Origin: Desulfotruncus alcoholivorax DSM 16058
GTDB taxonomy: Bacteria; Bacillota; Desulfotomaculia; Desulfotomaculales; Desulfallaceae
DNA: 32,000 nucleotides
NCBI RefSeq assembly: GCF_000430885.1
Contig: NZ_AUMW01000032.1
Span: 1-32,000 of the forward strand
Direction: 5' to 3'
The translations under genes were made by a program, and so were the position numbers. Positions 1 to 7,194 of the stretch are shown piece after piece. Every line of letters begins with the position of its first letter. The first letter of the stretch is position 1. The notes under the pieces are model-generated. The model was not told the origin of the DNA. It ran no database searches and saw only the letters and a program-made list of their open reading frames with translations.

Positions 1-240
1 CAAAAACGCCTGGAACGGCAAGATGCCAGCGAACGTAATGCTGTAGAAGGTAAATTCGGCGAAGGGAAGCGGCGCTACAGTTTGGCTCGTATTATGGCAC
101 GCCTGAAAGAGACCGCCGAAAGCGTGATTTGTCTACAGTTCCTGGTGATGAACTTGGAGCATAGACTCCGTGTTCTTTTGTTCTATTTTCTGCGGCACCT
201 ATTTCGGTATAATCTAGCTTTAGTTCGACCGTCATTATAG
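1..240 (+). mobile_element. 3' end of an IS5/IS1182-type DDE transposase gene; the 5' part lies outside the window
   Basis: Frame 1 is open from base 1 to TAG at 238-240. It reads QKRLERQDASERNAVEGKFGEGKRRYSLARIMARLKETAESVICLQFLVMNLEHRL, a C-terminal block (EGKFGxxKRxYxLxRIMxRLxxT) that I recognise from IS5/IS1182-group transposases. A short inverted repeat, ATTAGG-N15-CCTAAT (254-280), follows the stop. The family call is from memory. Confidence 0.6.
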
Positions 241-645
241 TGTTTTAATTGAAATTAGGATTGGTTCAGCAAACCCTAATTATCCTGACCTGTTACCGGT
301 TACTTTAATGTAGACTATCTGATCCAATTTTTCTCAAATTAAATTAGATAGCAATTAATTTGTAGTTTACCATAAGCTGCATCTCACTAAAGTATTCTAA
401 GTCAGTAGCGTTGCATAAACCGTTTTTTAAAACCGCAAGTTTTAAATTAACTTAAATTTATTTAAATTTGTCCAGATTAGTCTAATTTTCATGAATATCA
501 TGGCATTTCATTAAAAAACTCCTTATAATAAAGTTATAGAAGTAATCCTGTCCATAGTCTCTAATATAAGGAGAAATTTTAGGGATAAGGATACCACTAA
601 ATCCACATTTAATGAAGTACCAAATCAATTGCCCTTTGAAAAATT

Positions 646-1112
646 TTGTTCCTTTATCAAAGAAACTGCTGCAGACATGTATATCAAGAAATTATTAACA
701 ACCAAATTGCCTACATCATGTTCATTGCCCAGATATCAAAAATTGAATCCATAAGGGCACTGGCCGAATGGGTAACAAATGATACTGACCTTCAAGACAA
801 TCTAAAGCTTGATTCAATCAGTGCATCACAGTTATCCAGGCGGCTTAAAGAGATGAGCAGTGACTTCTGGAGAACCGTGTTTACACAAGTAGCCAAAATT
901 GCAATACAAAAGACCACCAATCATTTAAGTGCCACCCCCATGCCGACCGTGTCCATGTAATTGATTCCAGCACCATCACCCTTTGCCTTAACAGTTACTT
1001 ATAGGCCGATTACCGTAAAACAAAAGCAGGTGTAAAAATTCATCAATGATTGGTATACCAAAACGGTTATTCTTACCCTGAAAGAGCCATTCTTGCAACA
1101 CTACTGAAATAA
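646..1112 (+). pseudogene. Decayed N-terminal fragment of an IS4-family (DUF4372-type) transposase
   Basis: ORF 646-960 reads ...IAQISKIESIRALAEWVTNDTDLQDNLKLDSISASQLSRRLKEM.... The reading continues in another frame from about 948 as RVHVIDSSTITLCLNSYL*ADYRKTKAGVKIHQ*LVYQNGYSYPE. This is the typical IS4 'xIDSTTIxLC...W/FRKTKxGVKxH' block, interrupted by an in-frame TAG (1002-1004) and TGA (1047-1049). A further frame change is likely near 700. The DDE core is absent. Confidence 0.6.
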
Positions 1113-1153
1113 CATACTCAAAGCCAGTGCCTCATTAATTGGCTATCCCTAAA

Positions 1154-1645
1154 TCAGACAGCACCGGAGATTTTCCTGGCTATCCACAGCCGGTGATTAA
1201 CCAAATGGAAAATAAACAAAACAGTTAAAATAATCCCTATTTTGTCATGAAACTCGATCGCTATAAAACGTGCATGAGACGCCACGGACATGAATATCCA
1301 GGGGACAAGTCCTGTTATGGATGCAATAATGAAAAAGATTAATAAACATAATGTTATTTTAGCATTTTTTCCGGATGCTTTTTTCTTCTTAAAAACCATT
1401 TTAATCCACCCGTAATGTAAAAAAACATGAACGGCTATACCAATCAGTGATATTACAGCAGTCATTTTATGCAGATTGAGCCACCCACTATTATTTAGCC
1501 CCAACACGATTGTTTCAGATGAAAGACCTCCGGCATGGTAATTAATTTGAATTAACAAACCGGAAAATGCAAGGATAATGAATGGGAAAAATATAAGCAA
1601 ATCTATGTAAAAATTAGTATTTGATTTATTTGACACCTTAACCAT
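1154..1645 (-). CDS. DUF4405-like polytopic membrane protein with conserved His pairs (cytochrome b-like)
   Basis: Four hydrophobic helices carry His-rich motifs (HKMTAV..AVHVFLHYGW; EFHDKIG..IFHLVNH). I moved the start to ATG 1645 (MVKVSNK...), which follows GGGAGGG at a good distance. The track's 1741 start would run through the upstream ferredoxin gene. Confidence 0.65.
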   Translation of the reverse strand: MVKVSNKSNTNFYIDLLIFFPFIILAFSGLLIQINYHAGGLSSETIVLGLNNSGWLNLHKMTAVISLIGIAVHVFLHYGWIKMVFKKKKASGKNAKITLCLLIFFIIASITGLVPWIFMSVASHARFIAIEFHDKIGIILTVLFIFHLVNHRLWIARKISGAV

Positions 1646-1895
1646 AAAAGTTATCCCTCCCTTTTGGCTTATAAAGCGGTAAAATGGCTCCTTGTGGGCA
1701 AACCCTGACACATGCCCCGCACCCTTTACAACTATTGGCATTATCTATGTGGGCGTGCCTGTGGAAAAATTCAACCTTCCCGATAACCCTGTTTCGGCAC
1801 ACAGAGACACACTTCCAGCAGGCCTTGCATAGCCTGACATTTAGCCGGATATATCCGGTTGAGCCATGTCTTGCAAAAATATTGTGCAAAACCAT
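1638..1895 (-). CDS. 4Fe-4S dicluster ferredoxin-domain protein
   Basis: Two Cys clusters are present: CKACWKCVSVC and CKGCGACVRVCP. ATG 1895 is preceded by GGAGGAG. The 3' end overlaps the DUF4405 start by 8 nt, so the two are probably translationally coupled. Confidence 0.8.
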   Translation of the reverse strand: MVLHNIFARHGSTGYIRLNVRLCKACWKCVSVCRNRVIGKVEFFHRHAHIDNANSCKGCGACVRVCPQGAILPLYKPKGRDNFYG

Positions 1896-1901
1896 TCCTT
1901 A

Positions 1902-2636
1902 TCACTCCTCCCCACCCTCCCGCCAGGATTCAAACAGTGCCCGGCGAAAAGACTTGTAAGCTATCTGTTTTTTAAGATCATTAAGGATGCCTATCAATTC
2001 TGTCAGAGAAATACTGCCATCGTGTATGCGTTGCAGAAACCTGCATCGTACAGTCTTCACTTCACTGTTTATGAACTCGGCAAATTGTCTGTAAATAACC
2101 AGGTCTTGGGGTGTTAAGCCAAGACCCAAAAGTTTTTTTACAATCCCGGCGGCACGCAGGTCTGATTTATCGTAGTGCTTACCTCCTTTGCCTGCAGGAT
2201 TTAATATTCTCAATTCCTCCAGGTATCTTAAAGCCGCTTCATCCAATCCTGTGGCGGCAGCCACTTCTGCCTCCGAAAGGTCCGCGGACTCTCCTTCTTC
2301 TTCCGGATAGCAAAACACTTGTTGGAACAAGGAATGCATCTCCTCAATATGGTCCAATTCCTGCCCTTCGCGCCTGGCCTGTAAAATTGTTTTGATTACT
2401 GCTATGGGAAGGTATCTCTTGTCCTGCAATTCTTTTATCATCCTTATTTCGTCAACTACAACAGGATGATAATAGGCCATATTGCGGGCAGTTTTAACCG
2501 GTGAGGTCAGCAGCCCTTCCCGCAGGTAATAGTGAATGGTTTGTACCGACACACCTGAAGCCGATGACACCTCACTGATTTTCAACATATTACTTCCCAT
2601 TTTGCTCTTTCCCATTGTCCTGTTAACCGCCCCCAT
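1902..2636 (-). CDS. MerR-family transcriptional regulator
   Basis: The N-terminal HTH reads MLKISEVSSASGVSVQTIHYYLREGLL..ARNMAYY. This is the longest ORF. The real start is probably one of the internal ATGs at 2600 or 2588 (MLKISEV...), each preceded by a purine-rich SD. Confidence 0.85.
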   Translation of the reverse strand: MGAVNRTMGKSKMGSNMLKISEVSSASGVSVQTIHYYLREGLLTSPVKTARNMAYYHPVVVDEIRMIKELQDKRYLPIAVIKTILQARREGQELDHIEEMHSLFQQVFCYPEEEGESADLSEAEVAAATGLDEAALRYLEELRILNPAGKGGKHYDKSDLRAAGIVKKLLGLGLTPQDLVIYRQFAEFINSEVKTVRCRFLQRIHDGSISLTELIGILNDLKKQIAYKSFRRALFESWREGGEE

Positions 2637-2672
2637 ACATAGTATAAAGCTTTACTATATGCGCGTATGTAT

Positions 2673-2701
2673 ATACTAATCGCATAAAAGAAGAATGTCA
2701 A
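2673..2701 (-). promoter_or_regulatory. Candidate sigma-A promoter of the merR-ferredoxin-DUF4405 operon
   Basis: The minus strand reads TTGACA-17 nt-TAGTAT. A 10-bp palindrome, TAAAGCTTTA (about 2646-2655), lies between it and the merR start. Confidence 0.45.
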
Positions 2702-2741
2702 CATAAAAACATCTGAACACACTTTGTTAAGTAAACTTTAT

Positions 2742-3080
2742 TTTGATGATATAAAGCTGGGCCATAAACTTCCCCCCAGGCAAAGCATATTACCCAGGAA
2801 AAAATAACTAAGAACGCAGAGGCTTAGCTTGACTATAACCCTATTCACATTGATCCGGAATGGTGTAAAAATGTGAACCTTCTTGGCAAAGTGACTACAA
2901 TTGCCCATGGTATGATGACGTTATCCTTTATGGGAAAGATAATTACGGATTGGGCTTATCCCGGTGGTGCTTTCCTCAGATCATTGGAGGGAAAATTTAT
3001 CCATTCTGTAAGACCCGGAGATGATATAACTGTTCATGCGGTAGTAACAGAATTTCACCCCAGGCACAAAAAAGAAGAAT
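2742..3080 (+). pseudogene. MaoC-like (R)-hydratase/hot-dog fold gene, inactivated
   Basis: The reading is FDDIKLGHKLPP, then a frame change inside the C6 run (2772-2777), then QAKHITQEKITKNAEA, an in-frame TAG (2825-2827), then LDYNPIHIDPEWCKNVNLLGKVTTIAHGMMTLSFMGKIITDW...VRPGDDITVHAVVTEF. The DxNPIHxDxE and IAHG motifs are typical of MaoC dehydratases. Similarity stops near 3075. The rest of track ORF 2873-3256 does not look like the family. Confidence 0.6.
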
Positions 3081-3154
3081 CTTTTTCGATTCTGGAAATC
3101 TCCAGATTGGGCTGCTTGAATCCAATATTACGCTCGCATATAGTTCTCCACATT

Positions 3155-3292
3155 TTAATCCTGGCGGCATACCCTCTCATACCTCCCGGGATACCAGTGA
3201 ACAATGCCGGTTCCAGACTTTCCGTATTTATTACCCCGTTGAATCACGTGATATAATGCCCCAGCATACCCCACCCGCGGTTTCCTGCCCAA
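3155..3292 (-). pseudogene. N-terminal remnant of an IS200-like/REP-associated (Y1) tyrosine transposase-type gene
   Basis: From TTG 3292 the minus strand reads LGRKPRVGYAGALYHVIQRGNK.... This matches the very conserved N-terminus (xRxPRxxYxGAxYHVxxRGN) of Y1/RAYT-like proteins. After about 22 aa the frame degenerates. Weak traces in other frames continue to about 3080 (..GELYASVILDSS..). Confidence 0.45.
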
Positions 3293-3328
3293 AAAATAAC
3301 ACCTCCTGCCATATCTTAACAAGAGGTG
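3291..3328 (-). terminator. Rho-independent terminator downstream of the pilin gene
   Basis: The minus strand reads CACCUCUUG-(11 nt loop)-CAGGAGGUG, a 9-bp stem with one G-U pair, followed by UUAUUUUUU. It lies 55 nt after the pilin stop. Confidence 0.45.
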
Positions 3329-3383
3329 AAATAACTTTCAATAATAAGTTAATAAATTTGGTGCCTGGCACCCTATGGTGTTC

Positions 3384-3791
3384 TTACCAGGTAATAGGTA
3401 ATGACACCGCTGAAGTAGGGGTAAACCAAGCCCCCGTGTTAGAACCTTTTGTAACAGTAGCCCTAAAAGGAGCGCTTGTGGTTATACTATAAATTACCCC
3501 ATCAGGGCCAGTAGGCCAAGTTGCTAGATAATTGGGTACTAAATCAGGATTATCACCTGAAAAAGTAGGTGCAGTCGTTGTATTACCTGTATTAGCTTGA
3601 TATTGCATAATTGCACCGTCAATTGTTCTTAAATTTGCCTCAACTGCCGCTCGATTAGCTTTTGCTGTCGTCGAATTATACACCGGCACTGCTATTGCCG
3701 CCAAAATACCGATAATAACCACAACCACCATCAGTTCCACCAGGGTGAAGCCTTTACGGTTTTTCAGCGCATAACTAATTCTTTGAATCAC
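3384..3791 (-). CDS. pilA: Type IV pilin (prepilin-type N-terminal cleavage/methylation domain)
   Basis: There is a class III signal, ...KNRKG|FTLVELMVVVVIIGILAAIAVP, with Gly-1, Phe+1 and Glu+5. I chose GTG 3791 as start because GGGAGGTG sits 6 nt upstream. The track's TTG 3809 has no SD. Confidence 0.9.
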   Translation of the reverse strand: MIQRISYALKNRKGFTLVELMVVVVIIGILAAIAVPVYNSTTAKANRAAVEANLRTIDGAIMQYQANTGNTTTAPTFSGDNPDLVPNYLATWPTGPDGVIYSITTSAPFRATVTKGSNTGAWFTPTSAVSLPITW

Positions 3792-4004
3792 ATTATTCAC
3801 CTCCCTCAATAATTAATTGGTCAAGCACAAAAATTATTTTGTGCTGCCTTATTTATGCATTCTAACTTAAGTTATACCTGGAAAAATTAATTTTAGACAC
3901 TTAAATTAAAATAATTTTTCAATAAGTTTTTATTATCACCCGTGGGCGCCGTTTAACCTTCAACCGTTTTCCCCACAAGGGCATACCCCCGGCTACCCGC
4001 CTGA

Positions 4005-5309
4005 TTACCCGCCGGATGAGCTGGTTGACCCGCCTGATGACCCGCCTGACCCGACGCCTATTTCGTTGATCAAATCTTTAATCAACTGAGCTTTGTCGGG
4101 GGTTTCTTCCACCCACAAAACATATATTCTGTTCTTACTATCGATGGTGTCAGCGATATTCCCGGAAATGTGAAAGCTGCTCGTGGAGACGCCGGAAAGT
4201 TCACTTAGCAAACTGCGCATTGAGTTTACCTGGTTATAACTGCCGGTCAGCAACGGCACTTTGGTTTTTTCCCGGGTCTGGTCCAGGCTCACCAAGGCTG
4301 TCCGTACCCGGGTCTCCAGGTATGGCGGGCAGATAACCAGCAACTCATGGCCGAAGCGGTCATAGTTATATGCTTCAGACTTAACATCGGTAAAACCGAA
4401 TTCATCCAACCGTTTTTTAGCATCCCCGGCCACGATATTTTTTAATTGGAAAATGAATGCTTTATTCTTTTGGCCTGAATTTACGTCCAGCTGTTGCGCC
4501 AGCTTTTGCAGTTCCTCCCAGCGGGGGAACAATTCCCGGTCAAATACCAAAAGCCGGTTGTCTAAAATCACGTAACGTTTAAAAACCACACCCGCTCCGG
4601 CCATCAATTCGACCAGGCGGTCGGGTGTAATTGAATAGGTGGTTAAGGTTTTATGTTCCAGGGAAAGCTGGTTTTCCTTCTCATCCACCGCGTAGATGAG
4701 CTCCCGGACTTTTTGCAAAGTTTGCGCGGTTCCCTGAACCCAAATGGCATTAGGATTTGTATCCACCGTAATGTCGGTCTGGTCGATCCCAAGCTGACCG
4801 ATTAATTCTTTCATTTTATCCGCCGTGATATAATACAGGTCGAATTTGACCAGCAGCATCTGGTTGAAGAAATCACTCTTTAACGTCCCCGGGTCGCCGA
4901 CCACGATGATGTTGCCGTTCTGCAGGTAAGCCATTTTTTGGCTTTCAATGATTAGTTCAAGGGCTTTCCTGGCCGTTATATTGTCAGCCTTAAAATCTAT
5001 ACGTACCGGTTCGGATTTGGTCAGTATTATATTTACACCCAATTTGACGGCCAGCGCCGATAGAATATCCCTCAGGTCGGTATCCCTGACCTCCAATGAG
5101 ATTACACCGCCGTCCCCGGTAAACAGGGAGTCACTCACCCCGGCGGTGGCAGACCAGGCGGGTGTGCCTGTAAAATCCTCCGCTCCCGCGTCCGGATAGC
5201 CGTCGGCATAGGCCCTGCCGCATGACAACAGCGTCAATAGCAGGACAGCGGCCATAAAAATCAAAGCTCTCTCCGCAAAATTGATCCTATAACAGGTGTC
5301 CCGCCTCAA
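4005..5309 (-). CDS. Secretin N-domain (N0 plus repeated N1/ring-building-like domains) protein without a secretin beta-barrel; signal peptide with possible lipobox
   Basis: The N-terminus has a signal peptide, ...AAVLLLTLLSCGRAYA, with lipobox-like LLSC or an AYA|D cleavage site. Residues about 69-138 (VISLEVRDTDLRDILSALAVKLGVNIILTKSEPVRIDFKADNITARKALELIIESQKMAYLQNGNIIVVG) look like the PilQ/GspD N0 (STN-type) domain. About four ~70-aa repeats of the secretin_N pattern follow (e.g. FDLYYITADKMKELIGQLGI..VDTNPNAIWVQGTAQTLQKVRELIYAVD). The protein ends in a Gly/Ser tail. No ~250-aa secretin domain is present here or downstream. The TTG start overlaps the upstream stop (TTGA). Confidence 0.65.
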   Translation of the reverse strand: MRRDTCYRINFAERALIFMAAVLLLTLLSCGRAYADGYPDAGAEDFTGTPAWSATAGVSDSLFTGDGGVISLEVRDTDLRDILSALAVKLGVNIILTKSEPVRIDFKADNITARKALELIIESQKMAYLQNGNIIVVGDPGTLKSDFFNQMLLVKFDLYYITADKMKELIGQLGIDQTDITVDTNPNAIWVQGTAQTLQKVRELIYAVDEKENQLSLEHKTLTTYSITPDRLVELMAGAGVVFKRYVILDNRLLVFDRELFPRWEELQKLAQQLDVNSGQKNKAFIFQLKNIVAGDAKKRLDEFGFTDVKSEAYNYDRFGHELLVICPPYLETRVRTALVSLDQTREKTKVPLLTGSYNQVNSMRSLLSELSGVSTSSFHISGNIADTIDSKNRIYVLWVEETPDKAQLIKDLINEIGVGSGGSSGGSTSSSGG

Positions 5310-5887
5310 TTACCGTCACTCCCTTGCCCGCCTGCCGGCTGTTTTTGGTCTGCTGAATTCTGCGCCGCATTTTGATTGTTGTTTGGATTAACATTAACCC
5401 GGCCGTTGAATTTGAGTTCCAGGGACTGGTTGCCTGCTGTTAATATTACTGCATTCTTTTTGATCTCTTTTACTTTCCAACCGCCTTGGAGTTCTTCCCC
5501 CACTTTGACTACATAAGCAGTGTTGCCGGCTTCAATAATGGCCAGGTCGCCTCCATAACCCCCGTTGATAATTCCTTTAAGTTTCAGGGCGACATTAAAC
5601 GGATCCCGGACTTCCTGCCCGGTCTCCATTTTCCTTTTTAGTTCCGGTAAAAACGTGCTGGATGTCTTGGCGGCGTCCGGCTGCCCGGTGTCGTCTGTGA
5701 CAGTGCTTTGCTGTCCTTCCTGTTTGTTTTGAGATTCCTTGATAAAATTGTAATTTAGTTTAATTATGTAGATAAGACCGGCAAGGATAATAAAAACACA
5801 TACCACAACAATGAAAGTTTTCTTTTTATCCTTTTTCAATAATGTTTCAAGTTGTTTGAATAAATCTTTAATATTTTTGCCGGGCAA
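5306..5887 (-). CDS. PilP/GspC-HR-like bitopic pilus assembly protein
   Basis: One N-terminal TM helix (TFIVVVCVFIILAGLIYII) is followed by a low-complexity linker. Then comes RDPFNVALKLKGIINGGYGGDLAIIEAGNTAYVVKVGEELQGGWKVKEIKKNAVILTAGNQSLEL, the 'RDPF...L.GI....AII....Y.V.vGd.l.ggwkV..I....V.L' pattern of PilP / GspC homology-region domains. TTG 5887 is preceded by AAGGAGTG at 7 nt. Confidence 0.6.
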   Translation of the reverse strand: MPGKNIKDLFKQLETLLKKDKKKTFIVVVCVFIILAGLIYIIKLNYNFIKESQNKQEGQQSTVTDDTGQPDAAKTSSTFLPELKRKMETGQEVRDPFNVALKLKGIINGGYGGDLAIIEAGNTAYVVKVGEELQGGWKVKEIKKNAVILTAGNQSLELKFNGRVNVNPNNNQNAAQNSADQKQPAGGQGSDGN

Positions 5888-5929
5888 GTTTGTACACTCC
5901 TTGCTGGATGTAATTACTTCAAATGCAAA

Positions 5930-6460
5930 TCATTGGGCAAGGTAAAATACGCTGACTGATAAATCTGCCTTGAGATAGGCCGGGTCCTGGCTGTCTTTGG
6001 CCAATTTAACGGCATCAATGCGCATAGCCCTGGTGCCGTTTTGCAAACCGGTGATCAAATTGAACAAATCATTAAAACTACCCCGGCATGTCAGATTTAA
6101 CGGCATTTCCACATAACCTTTTTGGGTCACGCGCTCTTGAAAATTTATTTGCAACAGGTCCACGCCCGCTTGCGCAAAAATACTGTTGATTTGCTCAATT
6201 AGATTATTCTCCCCGGGGCCGGCCGGCAGCGCTTTTTCTATTTGCGCCGATTTTTCCCGCAATTCGGCTGACTTGTCCTTTAATTGAATTAAATTCTGCA
6301 GCCTGGTCCGGGCTTGGGCCAGGGCGTCGCGGTTGGCGGCCAATTCCGCACGCGCGCTTTTCAATGCGTTGATCTGGTTAAAGAGTAAAAAGCAAACCAG
6401 TAACAAAACCGCAACCCCGGAGAGCAGAACCAGCTTATCTTTCCGCTGCATACCATTCAT
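5930..6460 (-). CDS. pilO: Type IV pilus assembly protein PilO
   Basis: The architecture (N-terminal TM, coiled-coil, C-terminal ferredoxin-like domain) and the position after pilN fit PilO. The start overlaps the pilN stop (TAATG). Confidence 0.8.
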   Translation of the reverse strand: MNGMQRKDKLVLLSGVAVLLLVCFLLFNQINALKSARAELAANRDALAQARTRLQNLIQLKDKSAELREKSAQIEKALPAGPGENNLIEQINSIFAQAGVDLLQINFQERVTQKGYVEMPLNLTCRGSFNDLFNLITGLQNGTRAMRIDAVKLAKDSQDPAYLKADLSVSVFYLAQ

Positions 6461-7191
6461 TATTGGTTGACCACCGCCGTTCCACCCGCGGCAGGTACGG
6501 AAAGTCCGGGTAAAAGTTTCGCCTTGATTTCAAAACGAACGACAATTTCCCCGTCCAAATCTTCCTGGGACAACACCCGGCAGCTTGCTCCGGTTAGTCC
6601 CTTGACCTTACGAATATTGTTCAACATTTCAGCCGCGGCAAGCCGGTCGACCGCATACCCCGTGATAACTACCTCCCCGTCAAGCGGGGCTTCCTCATTT
6701 TGCCCCGGATTCATGCCCAGCACACTGCTTATTTTTGCTCCGGTATCAGCCGCCTTATTTCCAGCCGGTTTGCTTTCTGCCGCCTGCCCCACCGGCTGTG
6801 TTGCGGCTTTTGCCGTGCCCTGCCGGTAAGCGGCGGTAAAGTCAGCCAGCCAAACGCCGGGCGGCATATACTGCCCCAGATCGTACAAAATGCCAACCCA
6901 ATCGGGCGGGGCCCCCATAGCCTGCTTCAATATTTCTTGCCCATGATCAACCCGGGCCTGCAGATCGGCATATTGCTCCAGATCGGGGAATTTTTTCAGC
7001 AATGCTTCTCTTTCTTTGGCCAATTCGGCCGCATCCCCCCTGGCTTGCCAGGTTGCCACCAATAAAATGCCAAATACAAGCAGCAAAACAATACCTGCCA
7101 GGCTGCCGGCCGCCACCAGTTTCTGCTGCTTTTGCTTCAGTTCCCACTGTAATTTAATTTCAGGCGGCAATAAATTTATGTTTACATACAT
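6460..7191 (-). CDS. pilN: Type IV pilus assembly protein PilN
   Basis: The N-terminus MYVNINLLPPE carries the conserved INLLP PilM-binding motif, followed by one TM helix. There is a long low-complexity insert before the C-terminal domain. Confidence 0.85.
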   Translation of the reverse strand: MYVNINLLPPEIKLQWELKQKQQKLVAAGSLAGIVLLLVFGILLVATWQARGDAAELAKEREALLKKFPDLEQYADLQARVDHGQEILKQAMGAPPDWVGILYDLGQYMPPGVWLADFTAAYRQGTAKAATQPVGQAAESKPAGNKAADTGAKISSVLGMNPGQNEEAPLDGEVVITGYAVDRLAAAEMLNNIRKVKGLTGASCRVLSQEDLDGEIVVRFEIKAKLLPGLSVPAAGGTAVVNQ

Positions 7192-7194
7192 GCT

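Noticed and set aside
2825-2827. The in-frame TAG in the MaoC-like gene, considered as a possible pyrrolysine codon.
   Set aside because: The same gene also has a frameshift in a C6 run and a truncated 3' end. MaoC dehydratases are not known Pyl proteins. The TAG sits where the family has an ordinary small residue (..sGD.NPIH). A pseudogene is the simpler reading.
2873-3256. A 127-aa plus-strand ORF taken at face value as an intact gene.
   Set aside because: Only about the first 66 residues resemble a hot-dog/MaoC domain, and they lack the N-terminal half of the fold. That half lies upstream in other frames and behind a stop. The C-terminal 60 residues are read-through into the antisense of a Y1-transposase stub.
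3810-4004. A second c-di-GMP riboswitch (class I or II) upstream of the pilin, by analogy with C. difficile pilA1.
   Set aside because: I could not find the GGCAAAC/GAAA/CGCAAAG blocks of class I, nor anything resembling the class II conserved core as I remember it. Only a simple hairpin is present.
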